DNA from: Prochlorococcus sp. AG-315-B03
Lineage (GTDB): Bacteria; Cyanobacteriota; Cyanobacteriia; PCC-6307; Cyanobiaceae
DNA length: 64,000 nucleotides
Assembly (NCBI GenBank): GCA_003283745.1
Contig: QBWA01000001.1
Location: 3,605 to 67,604 of the forward strand
Direction of reading: 5' to 3'
Positions 50,453 to 60,846 of this stretch are shown one piece after another. The notes under the pieces were generated by a model. The model made no database searches and was not told the origin of the DNA. It saw only the letters and a program-made list of their open reading frames with translations. The translations under genes and the position numbers were made by a program. Position 1 is the stretch's first letter. The number at the start of each line of letters is the position of its first letter.

Positions 50453-51310
50453 TTGATTCTGAAAAGGTTTTTGATACCCCGAAATTTGTCTGGTCAATTA
50501 ACTATGACTGGACTTATGATTGTATCTTTATATATAGGGATAGCTATTCTTGTACCAATTTTAATATCTTTAAATGCTATTCCTAATGGAGAGTTTGGTC
50601 TGGGAAATCCAATTTTTGCTCCTCCTTCTGTTGAACATTGGTGTGGAACTGATCGCTTGGGTAGAGATGTATGTATTAGAACACTTGCAGGAAGTGGTGT
50701 AGCACTTAACGTTGTCTTTCTTGCTGTTTCTTTGGCTTTATTAGTAGGTGTTCCTTTAGGACTTCTTAGTGGATACCTTGGAGGTCTTCTGGATAGAGTT
50801 TTGGTTGTTTTAATGGATACTTTATACACAATACCTGTTCTTCTTCTTTCTGTCGTAATGGCTTTTATTTTGGGGAGAGGGATATTGAATGCTTCAATTG
50901 CGCTATGTGTCGTTTATATCCCTCAATATTTTCGCCTTGTAAGAAATCAGACATCACAGGTTAAATCAGAACTTTATATTGAAGCTGCAATTTCAATGGG
51001 AGCTTCTCCATTGTGGGTAATAAGAAAATATCTTTTAAAGAATGTTATTACGTCCGTCCCAGTCGTTCTAACACTCAATGCTGCGGATGCTGTTTTAGTT
51101 CTTGGAGGGTTAGGTTTTTTGGGCTTAGGCTTGCCAGAGTCTGTACCGGAGTGGGGCAGTGACTTAAATATGGCTTTGGTAGCTTTGCCTACAGGGATTT
51201 GGTGGACAGCTCTTTATCCAGGCTTGGCAATGTTTGTTTTGGTTCTGGGCTTATCATTTATTGGGGAGGGGCTTGAATATTTAATTAGTGGAACTGATGT
51301 AAAGGTTTAG
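50453..51310 (+). CDS. Peptide ABC transporter permease (DppC/OppC family)
   Basis: HWCGTDRLGRD, EAA motif YIEAAISMGAS, PEWG. Confidence 0.9.
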   Translation: MILKRFLIPRNLSGQLTMTGLMIVSLYIGIAILVPILISLNAIPNGEFGLGNPIFAPPSVEHWCGTDRLGRDVCIRTLAGSGVALNVVFLAVSLALLVGVPLGLLSGYLGGLLDRVLVVLMDTLYTIPVLLLSVVMAFILGRGILNASIALCVVYIPQYFRLVRNQTSQVKSELYIEAAISMGASPLWVIRKYLLKNVITSVPVVLTLNAADAVLVLGGLGFLGLGLPESVPEWGSDLNMALVALPTGIWWTALYPGLAMFVLVLGLSFIGEGLEYLISGTDVKV

Positions 51311-51382
51311 AGCTGTTTAGAAGCTAGATAATTAAATTCCTTTTTTTTTGAAATATCTTCGAAAATCTCCAACATAGTCTTG

Positions 51383-52072
51383 TTAATACTTTAACTTTAG
51401 TGTTCTAGGTAATTCTTCTGTTATTTCTCCTTTTGAATTAAGCTCAGGATATTTTCGACCTTCACTATTACACCACTTAGCAACTTCTGGGTAGGCCCAT
51501 TCGAATATTCTTTGTTTGTAGATACTTTTACTAATTCCTTCTCCTTCTTTTGGAATTATCTTCGCTGCTTGTCGTTGACGGACAGCTTCAAATAATAATG
51601 TGGAAGCTGCAACAGAGACATTTAAGGACTCAACCATTCCTCTCATTGGGATATGAATATATTCATCTACTAAACTTGATGCTTCTTCACTAATACCCCA
51701 TTTCTCTGCCCCTAATACAAATGCTGTTGGGCCTTTGAAATTACATTCTTTATAGTCAATTGATTCAGGATTTAAGTTTGTTCCATATAATTTAAATCCT
51801 TTTTCTTTAAGAACTTTTATTGCTTCTTTAGTTTCTCTGAATTGATTGATTTTGATCCATTTCTGACTTCCTTGAGCTGTACTATTAAATGTTAAAAATT
51901 TTTCTTTATTGAAAATTGCATAAGCCTCAAGAACACCAACAGCATCACAGCTTCTTATTATTGCAGAAAGATTATGTGGCTTTTCAACATTCTCAATTAA
52001 GACAGTCAGATCGGACATCCTTTTGTTTAGTACAGATTTAAGGCGTTCAAAACGTCTTGGTAATATGGGCAT
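51383..52072 (-). CDS. trmH: tRNA (Gm18) methyltransferase
   Basis: KPHNLSAIIRSCDA, GAEKWG, IPMRGMVESLNVSVA. Confidence 0.92.
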   Translation of the reverse strand: MPILPRRFERLKSVLNKRMSDLTVLIENVEKPHNLSAIIRSCDAVGVLEAYAIFNKEKFLTFNSTAQGSQKWIKINQFRETKEAIKVLKEKGFKLYGTNLNPESIDYKECNFKGPTAFVLGAEKWGISEEASSLVDEYIHIPMRGMVESLNVSVAASTLLFEAVRQRQAAKIIPKEGEGISKSIYKQRIFEWAYPEVAKWCNSEGRKYPELNSKGEITEELPRTLKLKY

Positions 52073-52192
52073 ATCTATTAATGTTTTGAATAGTTTGATA
52101 TCTTTATATAAGAATAGGACTTTTGCTTAAATAAATAAGGAAAATATTTAATGAATCATGTGAAATGGAGATATGTAAACAAATAATGATAT

Positions 52193-52224
52193 AAAAAAGC
52201 TCCTACTCAATGAGTAGGAGCTTT
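52193..52224 (-). terminator. Intrinsic terminator of the porin gene
   Basis: AAAGCTCCTACTCA-A-TGAGTAGGAGCTTT with a minus-strand T-run. Confidence 0.85.
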
Positions 52225-52258
52225 CAATTCTATTTAAGAATAGATGTTTTCTAAGAGA

Positions 52259-53278
52259 TTAGAAGCTAAAGGCAGTTTCAACAACAACACCAGCGTCATC
52301 ATCTTTACCAGCTGTTGTTTCTTCTATTGTGAAGAAGCCAGGTGAGACAGTAACGTTGTCATTAACTGCGTAGGTGTAAGAAACCTCAAATCCTGTTTGA
52401 TCTAAAGCTGAATTACCATCAACCTCAGTTGAGTTCCAAGCAGCACTTAATGTTCCAGGACCAACTTCGTAGTCAACACCGATGAACAAGTCAGTTTTAT
52501 CCTTAGCAGTTCCTTCTGGATCCTTTGAGTCATAAGCAACGCTGAATGTTGCAGGTATTGACTCAGGGCTGTAGTAGATACCAGCACCAAAAGTGTCATA
52601 ACCTGTTGTTCCGCCTTCTCCGTCGTTGGAAGCGATTACAAGACCACCGCCAAATCCGTCGCCATTATAGCCAAGGGTAACGGTTGTAACGTCATCAGCG
52701 TTGTCACCACCGATTCCTTTAGTTGAATCAGCACCACCAACAGAAATGAAGCTTGCAGAAGCAACTACGCCGTTGTCGTTAGACCAAGCAACAGCAAGTC
52801 CAGGACCTTCCTCGTCGCCTGCTTGTGAGTAAGGCATTGCACCCAACCTGAAATCATCAGAGTATGCTGATGTTGTTGCGGCTAGAACATCGTCCTGAAG
52901 AAGCTTTGGTCCAGCAGTTATTGATAGATCGCCTACAGGGAAGGTGTAGAACATAGAAGCAACATCAAGTGAGTCTCCACCTGAAATAGCGCTATCCATG
53001 TTCCCTAATGGACCACTTGCGTTACCAGCTTCGATTCCTACGTGAAGTAGGTCTTCGCCAGTGAAACTAGAATCTATGTCAAGACCATATGCATATTGCA
53101 TATACATCTCTTCTTGGTTGTCAGCTGTTCCGCCGTCGCCAACTGAACCAACAGTGAAATAAGCATCACCAGATAAAGATGTGGTTGATGTAAATGCTGC
53201 TGTATCTGCATTAACTGCAACTGGAGCCATTAGGCCCAATGCAGCTGGAGCTACCAGCAAGCGTTGAAAAAGCTTCAT
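52259..53278 (-). CDS. som: Outer-membrane porin (Som family); start at ATG 53278
   Basis: MKLFQRLLVAPAALGL signal, beta-strand pattern, C-terminal ETAFSF. Confidence 0.88.
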   Translation of the reverse strand: MKLFQRLLVAPAALGLMAPVAVNADTAAFTSTTSLSGDAYFTVGSVGDGGTADNQEEMYMQYAYGLDIDSSFTGEDLLHVGIEAGNASGPLGNMDSAISGGDSLDVASMFYTFPVGDLSITAGPKLLQDDVLAATTSAYSDDFRLGAMPYSQAGDEEGPGLAVAWSNDNGVVASASFISVGGADSTKGIGGDNADDVTTVTLGYNGDGFGGGLVIASNDGEGGTTGYDTFGAGIYYSPESIPATFSVAYDSKDPEGTAKDKTDLFIGVDYEVGPGTLSAAWNSTEVDGNSALDQTGFEVSYTYAVNDNVTVSPGFFTIEETTAGKDDDAGVVVETAFSF

Positions 53279-53282
53279 TGTG

Positions 53283-53292
53283 TCCTCACACA
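53283..53292 (-). promoter_or_regulatory. Yfr1-family sRNA target site over the porin RBS
   Basis: mRNA UGUGUGAGGA, 4 nt before the AUG. Confidence 0.75.
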
Positions 53293-53307
53293 TGAAAAGT
53301 TATTATT

Positions 53308-53349
53308 AACTTAAGTTATTAAGATTCCGCTGTAAGTATCTTATGTTAC
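53308..53349 (-). promoter_or_regulatory. NtcA-activated promoter of the porin gene
   Basis: GTA-N8-TAC at 53336-53349, 22-nt spacer, TAAGTT -10 at 53313-53308. Confidence 0.7.
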
Positions 53350-53470
53350 ACATGCTTAGCCGTCCTAGCTCTTGATTGTTCTCTTAAAGTCATTCTAATA
53401 AAAGACTTTTATCTTTATTGATCTGATTTTTATTAATGCCTTTTCTTTATAGTTAATTGAAACTAAACGG

Positions 53471-54814
53471 GTGGATTTGAGTAAGACTCCAAGACCAATT
53501 GAAGGTTTGATTTCCAGAAAAGCTGCTTGGGAAGTTATTCAAGCAGTCGGTGGTGGGGCTTTTTCTGATGTCGCATTAGATAGAATTCTAAAAAATTATT
53601 CTTTTAACTACTTAGATAGAGCTCTGATTACAGAGTTATCCTACGGAGCGATTCGTCAAAGATATTACTTGGATTGTTGGGTTGACTTTTTAGGGAAAAT
53701 ACCAGCTATTAAGCAACCACCTCTCTTGAGATGGTTATTGCATTTGGGGCTGTATCAAATTTTTAAAATGGAGAGAATACCACCAGCTGCTGCAATTAAC
53801 ACAACGGTTGAGTTGGCTAAAACAAATAAGTTGTCAAAATTAGCTCCTGTGGTCAATGGGATATTAAGATCTGCTCTACGGTGTAAAGAGAAAGGCTCTT
53901 CACTTCCTAGCTCAAACAATCCTTCTAATGAACTTGCCAAAAATGAATCGTTGCCAGTTTGGCTAGCTTCTCAGTTGATTTCATGGAAAGGTGAAAAAGC
54001 AGCTCTGAAAATTTCTAAAGCATTCAATAGTATTAGCTCTATTGATTTAAGAGTTAATATCTTAAAAACAAATTTGAAAGATTTAAAAAAAGATTTTGAT
54101 TCTTGTGGAGTTCCAACTAAACCCATTCCAGATTGTCCAAATGGATTGGAAGTCTTTTTAGGTTTTGGTGAACCTATTAGATGGCCAGGTTATGACGAAG
54201 GGAAATGGTGCGTACAAGATAGATCTTCACAGTTGATTGCACCATTTTTAAACCCTCTAAAAGGTGATCGAATTCTTGATGCATGTGCTGCACCAGGTGG
54301 CAAATCAACACACATTGCAGAATTAATAGGTAATGAAGGTGAAGTTTGGTCCATTGATCGATCATCTACAAGAGTAAACAGATTATTAGCTAATTCAGAG
54401 AGACTTGGTACTAAGTGTATACAACATTTAGTTGCTGATTCGAAGGAATTATTGTTGATTAACCCTGAATGGAAGGGCTATTTTCACCGAATTTTACTTG
54501 ATGCCCCTTGTTCTGGGTTGGGGACGTTATCTAGGCACCCTGATGCAAGGTGGAGAATGAATATCAAAAATATTGAAGAACTTGTTCTTCTCCAAAAGCA
54601 GTTGCTTATGTCATTAATACCTTTATTGAAGAATGGAGGTAGATTAGTTTATTCAACTTGTACTATTCATCCAGATGAAAACTTTCATCAAATTGAAAGT
54701 TTTATAAAGAAGTTTCCCGAATTTATATTGAAATATGAGAAACAAATTTGGCCTGGAGACTATTCTAGTGGAGATGGCTTTTATGTTGCAGTTTTAGATA
54801 AGGTCAATAAATAA
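53471..54814 (+). CDS. rsmB: 16S rRNA m5C967 methyltransferase
   Basis: NusB-like N-terminus, DACAAPGGKS, DAPCSG, YSTCT. Confidence 0.93.
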   Translation: MDLSKTPRPIEGLISRKAAWEVIQAVGGGAFSDVALDRILKNYSFNYLDRALITELSYGAIRQRYYLDCWVDFLGKIPAIKQPPLLRWLLHLGLYQIFKMERIPPAAAINTTVELAKTNKLSKLAPVVNGILRSALRCKEKGSSLPSSNNPSNELAKNESLPVWLASQLISWKGEKAALKISKAFNSISSIDLRVNILKTNLKDLKKDFDSCGVPTKPIPDCPNGLEVFLGFGEPIRWPGYDEGKWCVQDRSSQLIAPFLNPLKGDRILDACAAPGGKSTHIAELIGNEGEVWSIDRSSTRVNRLLANSERLGTKCIQHLVADSKELLLINPEWKGYFHRILLDAPCSGLGTLSRHPDARWRMNIKNIEELVLLQKQLLMSLIPLLKNGGRLVYSTCTIHPDENFHQIESFIKKFPEFILKYEKQIWPGDYSSGDGFYVAVLDKVNK

Positions 54815-54858
54815 CAGTTTTTAAGCTTAAGTAGTTAAAGCAACTATAAAAAACTGAT

Positions 54859-56670
54859 TTATTCTTTTAAGGATTTTGGCACCTTGAATTTTATTACTTT
54901 TAAGTCTTTTTCGATTTCCTGGATATATTTTTTCCATGCCCATGCAGCATTCCCGCTACTCATTGTGGTCTCTTCATTATTATCATTACCAAACCAAACC
55001 CCTGTAGTTAATTGTGGTATAGATCCTATAAACCATAAATCACGATTCCCTTCTGAAGTGCCTGTCTTCCCAGCTACTTGTCTAGTCTTTAAAGATGCAA
55101 TACTACCTGTCCCATTAAGTACGGATTGTTGAAGCATCCAATTGAGAGTATCAGCAACATCCTGAGAAAGTACTCTTTTCTCCTTTGCCTTTTGTAAGTC
55201 TTGACTCCAAATTATTTTATTATCTGGGCCTAGAATTTTTTCTATAGGGCTTGGAGTTTGATAAATACCTCTATTTGTTATGGCTGAATATGCTGACGTT
55301 ATATTCATTAAAGTTTCTTCATAAGCACCTATGGCTAAAGGATAGTATTTTCCGAGTTTTTGGCTTTTCCCAACTCCTAATGAATTAGCTATGGCAATAA
55401 CATTATCAAAACCTAGATTGTCTAATAGTTCGACGGCGATTATATTTGATGAACTTGTAAATGCTTTTGTTAGAGAAATTTCACCTAAGTAGTTGTTATT
55501 GAAATTTTCAGGGCAATAGTCTCCCCAACACTTTGGAAGATCTAAGAATAAATCTTGTGGTTTAAAGCCTTCCTCTAACGCTGTTGCGTAAATGAATAAT
55601 TTAAATGTGGACCCTGGGGATCGCAGAGCTTGGGTCGCCCTATTAAATTGACTCTTTTTAAAATCTTTACCACCAACAAGGGCTCTTACTAATCCAGTAC
55701 TTGGTTGGATTGAAACAATTGCACCCTCAATATTATTTGCGCTGTAATTTTTTATCATTTGTGTCGCTGTTGATTGCCATTTGCTGTTAAGGCTTGTAAT
55801 CACAGTGATTCCTCCTGTCTTTAGTTGATCATTTGTTAGTAACTCAGGAAGTTTTTGATACACCCAGCTTGAAAAGAAAGGAGCCGAGCTAATGAGATAC
55901 TTAGGAGTCCCAGGATTTAGATTTAGAGGTTTATTTTTACTTTTAATAAGATCATTTTGTGATATGAAATTTTCACTTCTCATTCTTTCTAGGATGATAT
56001 TACGACGTTTAATTGCTAATTTGGTATTTACAAGTGGTGAGTAATAAGAAGGGGCAGGCGCTAAGCCTGCAATTAATGCACTCTCTTCGAGGGTTAATTG
56101 GTCAGGTCTCTTGGAAAAATAAACCCAAGCAGCATCTGAAATTCCATATGCATTAGAGCCTAAATAAATATTATTTAAATAATGTTTAAGTATTTTTTTC
56201 TTTGTTAGATTACGATCTATTTTTAAGGCAATGGCTGCTTCTTTTATTTTTCGATTAAATGTTTTATTTTGATTTAAGAAAACCATACGAGCTAATTGTT
56301 GTGTAATAGTACTTGCCCCTTCATGAAATTCTCTTTTCCTAAAATTCATAATTAGTGCTCTAACTATGCCTATGAAATCTAAACCCTGGTGAGAATAAAA
56401 TCTTCTATCTTCAGCTGCTATAAATGCTTTCTCAATTTTTCCTGGTATATCATTATTCTTTAATTCATTTTCTTTTGAAGAACCAATCTTGTGAATGAAT
56501 TCTTGATTTGTTGATAATAAAGTTATAGTTCCCTTTCTGTTGAAATTTTCAATTTCATTTATATTAGGCAAAATTGACTCAATTGAACGGATCAGAAATA
56601 TTTGAAATAATGCAGTAGTACTTCCCAGAAAGATTCCAGATGCTGCAAGCAAAAATAGTTTAGATTTCAA
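54859..56670 (-). CDS. Class A penicillin-binding protein
   Basis: AEDRRF, GASTITQQL, GSTFK, SSN, GKTGT. Confidence 0.93.
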   Translation of the reverse strand: MKSKLFLLAASGIFLGSTTALFQIFLIRSIESILPNINEIENFNRKGTITLLSTNQEFIHKIGSSKENELKNNDIPGKIEKAFIAAEDRRFYSHQGLDFIGIVRALIMNFRKREFHEGASTITQQLARMVFLNQNKTFNRKIKEAAIALKIDRNLTKKKILKHYLNNIYLGSNAYGISDAAWVYFSKRPDQLTLEESALIAGLAPAPSYYSPLVNTKLAIKRRNIILERMRSENFISQNDLIKSKNKPLNLNPGTPKYLISSAPFFSSWVYQKLPELLTNDQLKTGGITVITSLNSKWQSTATQMIKNYSANNIEGAIVSIQPSTGLVRALVGGKDFKKSQFNRATQALRSPGSTFKLFIYATALEEGFKPQDLFLDLPKCWGDYCPENFNNNYLGEISLTKAFTSSSNIIAVELLDNLGFDNVIAIANSLGVGKSQKLGKYYPLAIGAYEETLMNITSAYSAITNRGIYQTPSPIEKILGPDNKIIWSQDLQKAKEKRVLSQDVADTLNWMLQQSVLNGTGSIASLKTRQVAGKTGTSEGNRDLWFIGSIPQLTTGVWFGNDNNEETTMSSGNAAWAWKKYIQEIEKDLKVIKFKVPKSLKE

Positions 56671-56681
56671 AATCTAAACTA

Positions 56682-57629
56682 TTAGATAATTAAAGAACTA
56701 TGTCCTATCGCAAGTGCTGTTACAAGCATTCCTAAAATTAGAAAAGGTTGTGCACTTGCTTGATATTTAACGTCATAAGTTAATGGATCTCTTAATAGCC
56801 AAATATCTTGAAATGTTATTTGGGGAATTATAAGTAGTACAAGAATTACAGATGCTAAATGTTGCCCTATTGCTATCAGGACAACCACCATGGCTAATTG
56901 GAAAATATCTATCATTCCTGCACTTATCCTGCTTGCATTTTTTATACCAAAAACTACAGGTAGTGAGTCAAGACCAAGACTTTTATCTCCTTCTACACTT
57001 TTAAAATCGTTTATTACGGCAATTCCTAAGCCTGACAGGCTATAAGCAAGAGTAAGTATTGCTGTAGTCCAAGTTAAATGACCAAAAAGTGCTTGTCCTG
57101 CCCACCATGGTAAAGCGATATAACTAGCGCCTAATGCATAGTTTCCAAGCCAACCATTTTGTTTAAGTTTTAAAGGTGGAGCAGAATAAATAAAACTTAC
57201 TAGGGATCCTCCCAAAGCGAGGAAAAAAACGGAAGGGATCTTGTGCTGAGCCCATATATCTAATGAATAGGCAAGTCCTAGGCCAGCTATTAATAGTATC
57301 CAGATTTGTAATTTTACTTGAAATAGAGAAATTGCTCCAGATGGAATAGGACGGTTAGGTTCATTGATGGCATCTATTTCTCTATCAAAGAAATCATTTA
57401 TTGTTTGCGTATATCCTGTGAGAAGTGGTCCACTCATGATCATGCAACTAAGTGCGGCTAGTACATTGCTTAGTTGCCAGTGGTAATTACCACTGGCCGC
57501 AGCACCGCAAATAACGCCCCAAAGCAAAGGGATCCATGTTATGGGCTTCATTAGTTGCAGTCGAAGCTTCCAGATGTTTTTAGTTTCTGAACCTCCTTTT
57601 ATTCCAAGGAGTTGTCTTGCATCACTCAT
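56682..57629 (-). CDS. chlG: Chlorophyll synthase
   Basis: LMKPITWIP, NDFFDREIDAINEP.RPIPSG, NDFKSVEGD. Confidence 0.96.
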   Translation of the reverse strand: MSDARQLLGIKGGSETKNIWKLRLQLMKPITWIPLLWGVICGAAASGNYHWQLSNVLAALSCMIMSGPLLTGYTQTINDFFDREIDAINEPNRPIPSGAISLFQVKLQIWILLIAGLGLAYSLDIWAQHKIPSVFFLALGGSLVSFIYSAPPLKLKQNGWLGNYALGASYIALPWWAGQALFGHLTWTTAILTLAYSLSGLGIAVINDFKSVEGDKSLGLDSLPVVFGIKNASRISAGMIDIFQLAMVVVLIAIGQHLASVILVLLIIPQITFQDIWLLRDPLTYDVKYQASAQPFLILGMLVTALAIGHSSLII

Positions 57630-57643
57630 TTTAAACCTCAGGT

Positions 57644-57874
57644 TTAAGAAATCTCTTCCTCAAAGAACCAATTTTTACTACCATCTTTTAGTTTAATTAC
57701 TACACCTATACCACCCCTGCCATCAGTCATTTTGTAGTCCGTGACTGTTCCTCTTGGGTCTTCTGACAGTTTCTTAATCAAACCAGGAGGAACGCGATCA
57801 CGTACACGTTCAAGATTAATCTTGACATTAGAACCTATTCTTGTGAGGGAAGTTGGCTTGGGCATGGACTGCAA
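57644..57874 (-). CDS. DUF2862 / PetP-like protein
   Basis: VRDR.P, YKMTDG.GGIG, WFFEEE; position between chlG and hisF. Confidence 0.8.
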   Translation of the reverse strand: MQSMPKPTSLTRIGSNVKINLERVRDRVPPGLIKKLSEDPRGTVTDYKMTDGRGGIGVVIKLKDGSKNWFFEEEIS

Positions 57875-57917
57875 ATGCTTAGTCTGCGCAACCTTAACAG
57901 TTCCCCTGTTTTAAATC

Positions 57918-58691
57918 ATGGTTGCTCTTAGATTGATTCCTTGCTTAGACGTCGCAAATGGACGAGTAGTTAAAGGTGTTAATTTTGTTGGCCTTAGAGA
58001 TGCTGGAGATCCAGTTGAGCTCGCCTGCAGATATAGCCAGGCGGGAGCTGATGAATTGGTCTTCCTTGACATAACAGCAACCAATGAAAAAAGATCTACA
58101 CTTGTTGATCTTGTTAGAAGAACATCTGAATCCGTAACAATTCCCTTCACCGTTGGAGGTGGAATTCGTTCTTTGGATGGAATAAATGAATTATTAAGAG
58201 CAGGTGCAGACAAAGTGAGTCTAAATTCATCTGCTGTTAATGATCCTTCCTTAATCTCTAGAGGAGCAGAGCTCTTCGGTTCACAATGCATAGTTATTGC
58301 AATTGATGCAAGAAGGAATCATGATCTATCAGAAAAGTGGGAAGTGTATGTAAATGGAGGCCGTAAAAATACAGGTTTGGACGTTATTTCATGGTCACAA
58401 AAGGTTGTTAGATTAGGTGCAGGGGAAATACTTCTCACCTCAATGGATGGAGATGGCACTCAAAATGGATATGATTTGGAATTAACTAAATCCATCTCTA
58501 AAAATGTACCAATACCTGTAATTGCTTCAGGGGGAGCAGGTTGTTTAAGACATATTAAAGAGGCATTTACTGTTGGTAAATCTTCAGCTGCTCTTTTAGC
58601 TTCTTTATTACATGATGGTGATTTAACAATTGAAGAAATTAAAAAATATTTAATTAATGAAGACTTACTAATTAGACCAATTGAGAAATGA
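57918..58691 (+). CDS. hisF: Imidazole glycerol phosphate synthase cyclase subunit
   Basis: [26 protein letters not shown]. Confidence 0.97.
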   Translation: MVALRLIPCLDVANGRVVKGVNFVGLRDAGDPVELACRYSQAGADELVFLDITATNEKRSTLVDLVRRTSESVTIPFTVGGGIRSLDGINELLRAGADKVSLNSSAVNDPSLISRGAELFGSQCIVIAIDARRNHDLSEKWEVYVNGGRKNTGLDVISWSQKVVRLGAGEILLTSMDGDGTQNGYDLELTKSISKNVPIPVIASGGAGCLRHIKEAFTVGKSSAALLASLLHDGDLTIEEIKKYLINEDLLIRPIEK

Positions 58692-58765
58692 TTAAATCTA
58701 ATGAGGTATTTAGTAATTATATTTTACTAAATTAATCACTATGAAACCTGTTACTTTTAATTAAA

Positions 58766-59464
58766 ATGAAGCCTGGTGACTCTTTATTAATTGAAGAAAT
58801 GTTTGATTTGATTTCTTCTAGATATGATTTATTAAATGATATTTTTAGTTTTGGTATGCATAGACTTTGGAAAAGTAGTTTAATATCTTTTCTGGATCCC
58901 AAAGCAGGAGAAAAATGGATAGATCTTTGTTGCGGAACTGGAGATATGTCAATTCTTTTGGCAGAAAAGATGAATAGTTCTGATAATATTATTGGACTAG
59001 ATTCTGCACTTAATGTGTTATCAATAGCGAAGGAAAGATCCCTGAAAAAATATTCATCAATCAAATGGATTAAAGGAGATGCTCTTGAAACTAATCTGCC
59101 ATCAAATCAATTTGATGGCCTTTTGATGGCATATGGCTTAAGAAATCTTTCTAATTATTCTTTAGGTTTCAAAGAAGCTCATAGATTATTAAAACCAGGC
59201 GGAAAAGCGGGTTTTTTAGATTTTAGGTCATTTGAACGCTTATCTCTTCAATATCTTTTTCAGAAATGTTATTTGAGTTTTTATGTTGTACCTATTGCAT
59301 CACTTTTTGAATTAGGCCAAGAATATTCATATATAAAGAAAAGTTTAAAGAATTTCCCTTCAGGATTGCAACAGAAAAAACTAGCACTTGATGCGGGATT
59401 TAAAAAGGCAGAATTTAAACTCTTAGCACAGGGACAAATGGGAATGTTGATTGTTGAAGCTTAG
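58766..59464 (+). CDS. menG: UbiE/MenG-family methyltransferase
   Basis: MFD.IS.RYD.LND, DLCCGTGD, YGLRN. Confidence 0.85.
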   Translation: MKPGDSLLIEEMFDLISSRYDLLNDIFSFGMHRLWKSSLISFLDPKAGEKWIDLCCGTGDMSILLAEKMNSSDNIIGLDSALNVLSIAKERSLKKYSSIKWIKGDALETNLPSNQFDGLLMAYGLRNLSNYSLGFKEAHRLLKPGGKAGFLDFRSFERLSLQYLFQKCYLSFYVVPIASLFELGQEYSYIKKSLKNFPSGLQQKKLALDAGFKKAEFKLLAQGQMGMLIVEA

Positions 59465-59964
59465 GCGCTATCTTTTGTTTTTATATTTAATTCTTTCCTT
59501 CGGCAAAAACAACATTTACCCCATAAATTGATTTCACCATTGGGAGTTGGGGATTTACATGTTTGACAAGTTGATAGACCATGTATATCTGCTCTGCTAG
59601 GGTGTTTGCTCCATATTTCTTTTTCATCTTCTCCTTTAACTAATGCTGCCGGATAATACTGTTGAATACGAATTTCTTTTATATTATATCCATATGATTT
59701 TAATGATTCTATTAATTGGATGCGATTGTATAAAAGAGCTTGCCTCCATTGAGGGTGACTAGCTCCTACTGTTAAAACTTTATTATGAATACTCAATGGC
59801 GTGCAATTTGATGAAAGTTGTTTACCAGTAATTTTTTTCCAATCTTGAATAAGTCCTCCAACACTACCTTTATCCATCCATGAGGCTTTTATTTTTTCTA
59901 GGCATTGAGATATTGAAGCTCCACCATTTGAGATTGGCTTTTGCTTTGAGTTCTTTAAAACCAA
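59461..59964 (-). CDS. DUF721 (DciA-like) protein with C-terminal Zn motif
   Basis: W..I.G..L..NC.P, HPQWRQAL, CQTC...CCFC. Confidence 0.8.
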   Translation of the reverse strand: MVLKNSKQKPISNGGASISQCLEKIKASWMDKGSVGGLIQDWKKITGKQLSSNCTPLSIHNKVLTVGASHPQWRQALLYNRIQLIESLKSYGYNIKEIRIQQYYPAALVKGEDEKEIWSKHPSRADIHGLSTCQTCKSPTPNGEINLWGKCCFCRRKELNIKTKDSA

Positions 59965-60038
59965 TTTAAAATAATTATTTTTAGTGGAGTATTGGCTAAA
60001 TCTAGCTAATCTTTTTTGAGGTTGTATAGAATATCCTC

Positions 60039-60818
60039 ATGGGATTCTTTGATAGGTTAAGTCGATTACTTCGTGCAAATCTAAATGCTTTTATTAGCAA
60101 TGCCGAAGATCCAATAAAAATACTTGATCAATCAGTTGCTGATATGCAAGAAGATTTGGTTAAGCTTAGGCAAGCTGTTGCTATGTCTATAGCAAGTCAG
60201 AAAAGATTAGAAAATCAAGCATTGCAAGCAAAAGAACAAACTAAGAATTGGTTTTCAAAGGCTGAACTTGCTTTAAAAAAGAACGACGAAGATTTAGCTC
60301 GAGAAGCACTAAGTAGAAAAAAAACTTTTCAAGAAACTTTTGAATTTTTAACAAATCAATTTCAATCTCAAGAGGGACAGGTTGAAAAACTCAAAAAAAG
60401 TCTTCAATTACTTGAGAGGAAAATATCTGAGGCTAGAACTAAAAAAGATATGCTAAAGGCAAGAGCACAGGCAGCTAAAGCTCAGCAGCAAATACAAAGT
60501 GCTGTAGGAGATTTGAGTAGTAAGTCTGCTATGGCTGCTTTTGAAAGAATGGAAGACAAAGTGGAAGCCTTAGAAGCTTCAGGTCAGGCAGCAATAGAAT
60601 TAGCAGGAGAAGATCTTGAGAGCAAATTTTCGGCACTAGAAGGCGACGATGCTATTGAGAAGGAGTTGAATTCATTAAGAAGTCAATTGAAATCTGGAGT
60701 AGAAGTTATTGCTTTGCCTCCCTCTAATGCTCCATCTGTAAATGAAGTAAAGGCTGTAAAGATAGAAGAGGTAGATGCTGAATTAGAAGAAATGAAGAAG
60801 TTAATTGATAAACCTTGA
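60039..60818 (+). CDS. PspA/IM30 (Vipp1-like) protein
   Basis: MGFFDRLSRLLRANLN...EDP.KIL.Q...AFERMEDKV. Confidence 0.93.
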   Translation: MGFFDRLSRLLRANLNAFISNAEDPIKILDQSVADMQEDLVKLRQAVAMSIASQKRLENQALQAKEQTKNWFSKAELALKKNDEDLAREALSRKKTFQETFEFLTNQFQSQEGQVEKLKKSLQLLERKISEARTKKDMLKARAQAAKAQQQIQSAVGDLSSKSAMAAFERMEDKVEALEASGQAAIELAGEDLESKFSALEGDDAIEKELNSLRSQLKSGVEVIALPPSNAPSVNEVKAVKIEEVDAELEEMKKLIDKP

Positions 60819-60846
60819 GTTTTTAGTTAATAATTAATGGAATAAA

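Noticed and set aside
53279-53293. MCEDT N-terminal extension of the porin
   Set aside because: This stretch is the RBS and sRNA site; the signal peptide starts at MKLFQ (53278)
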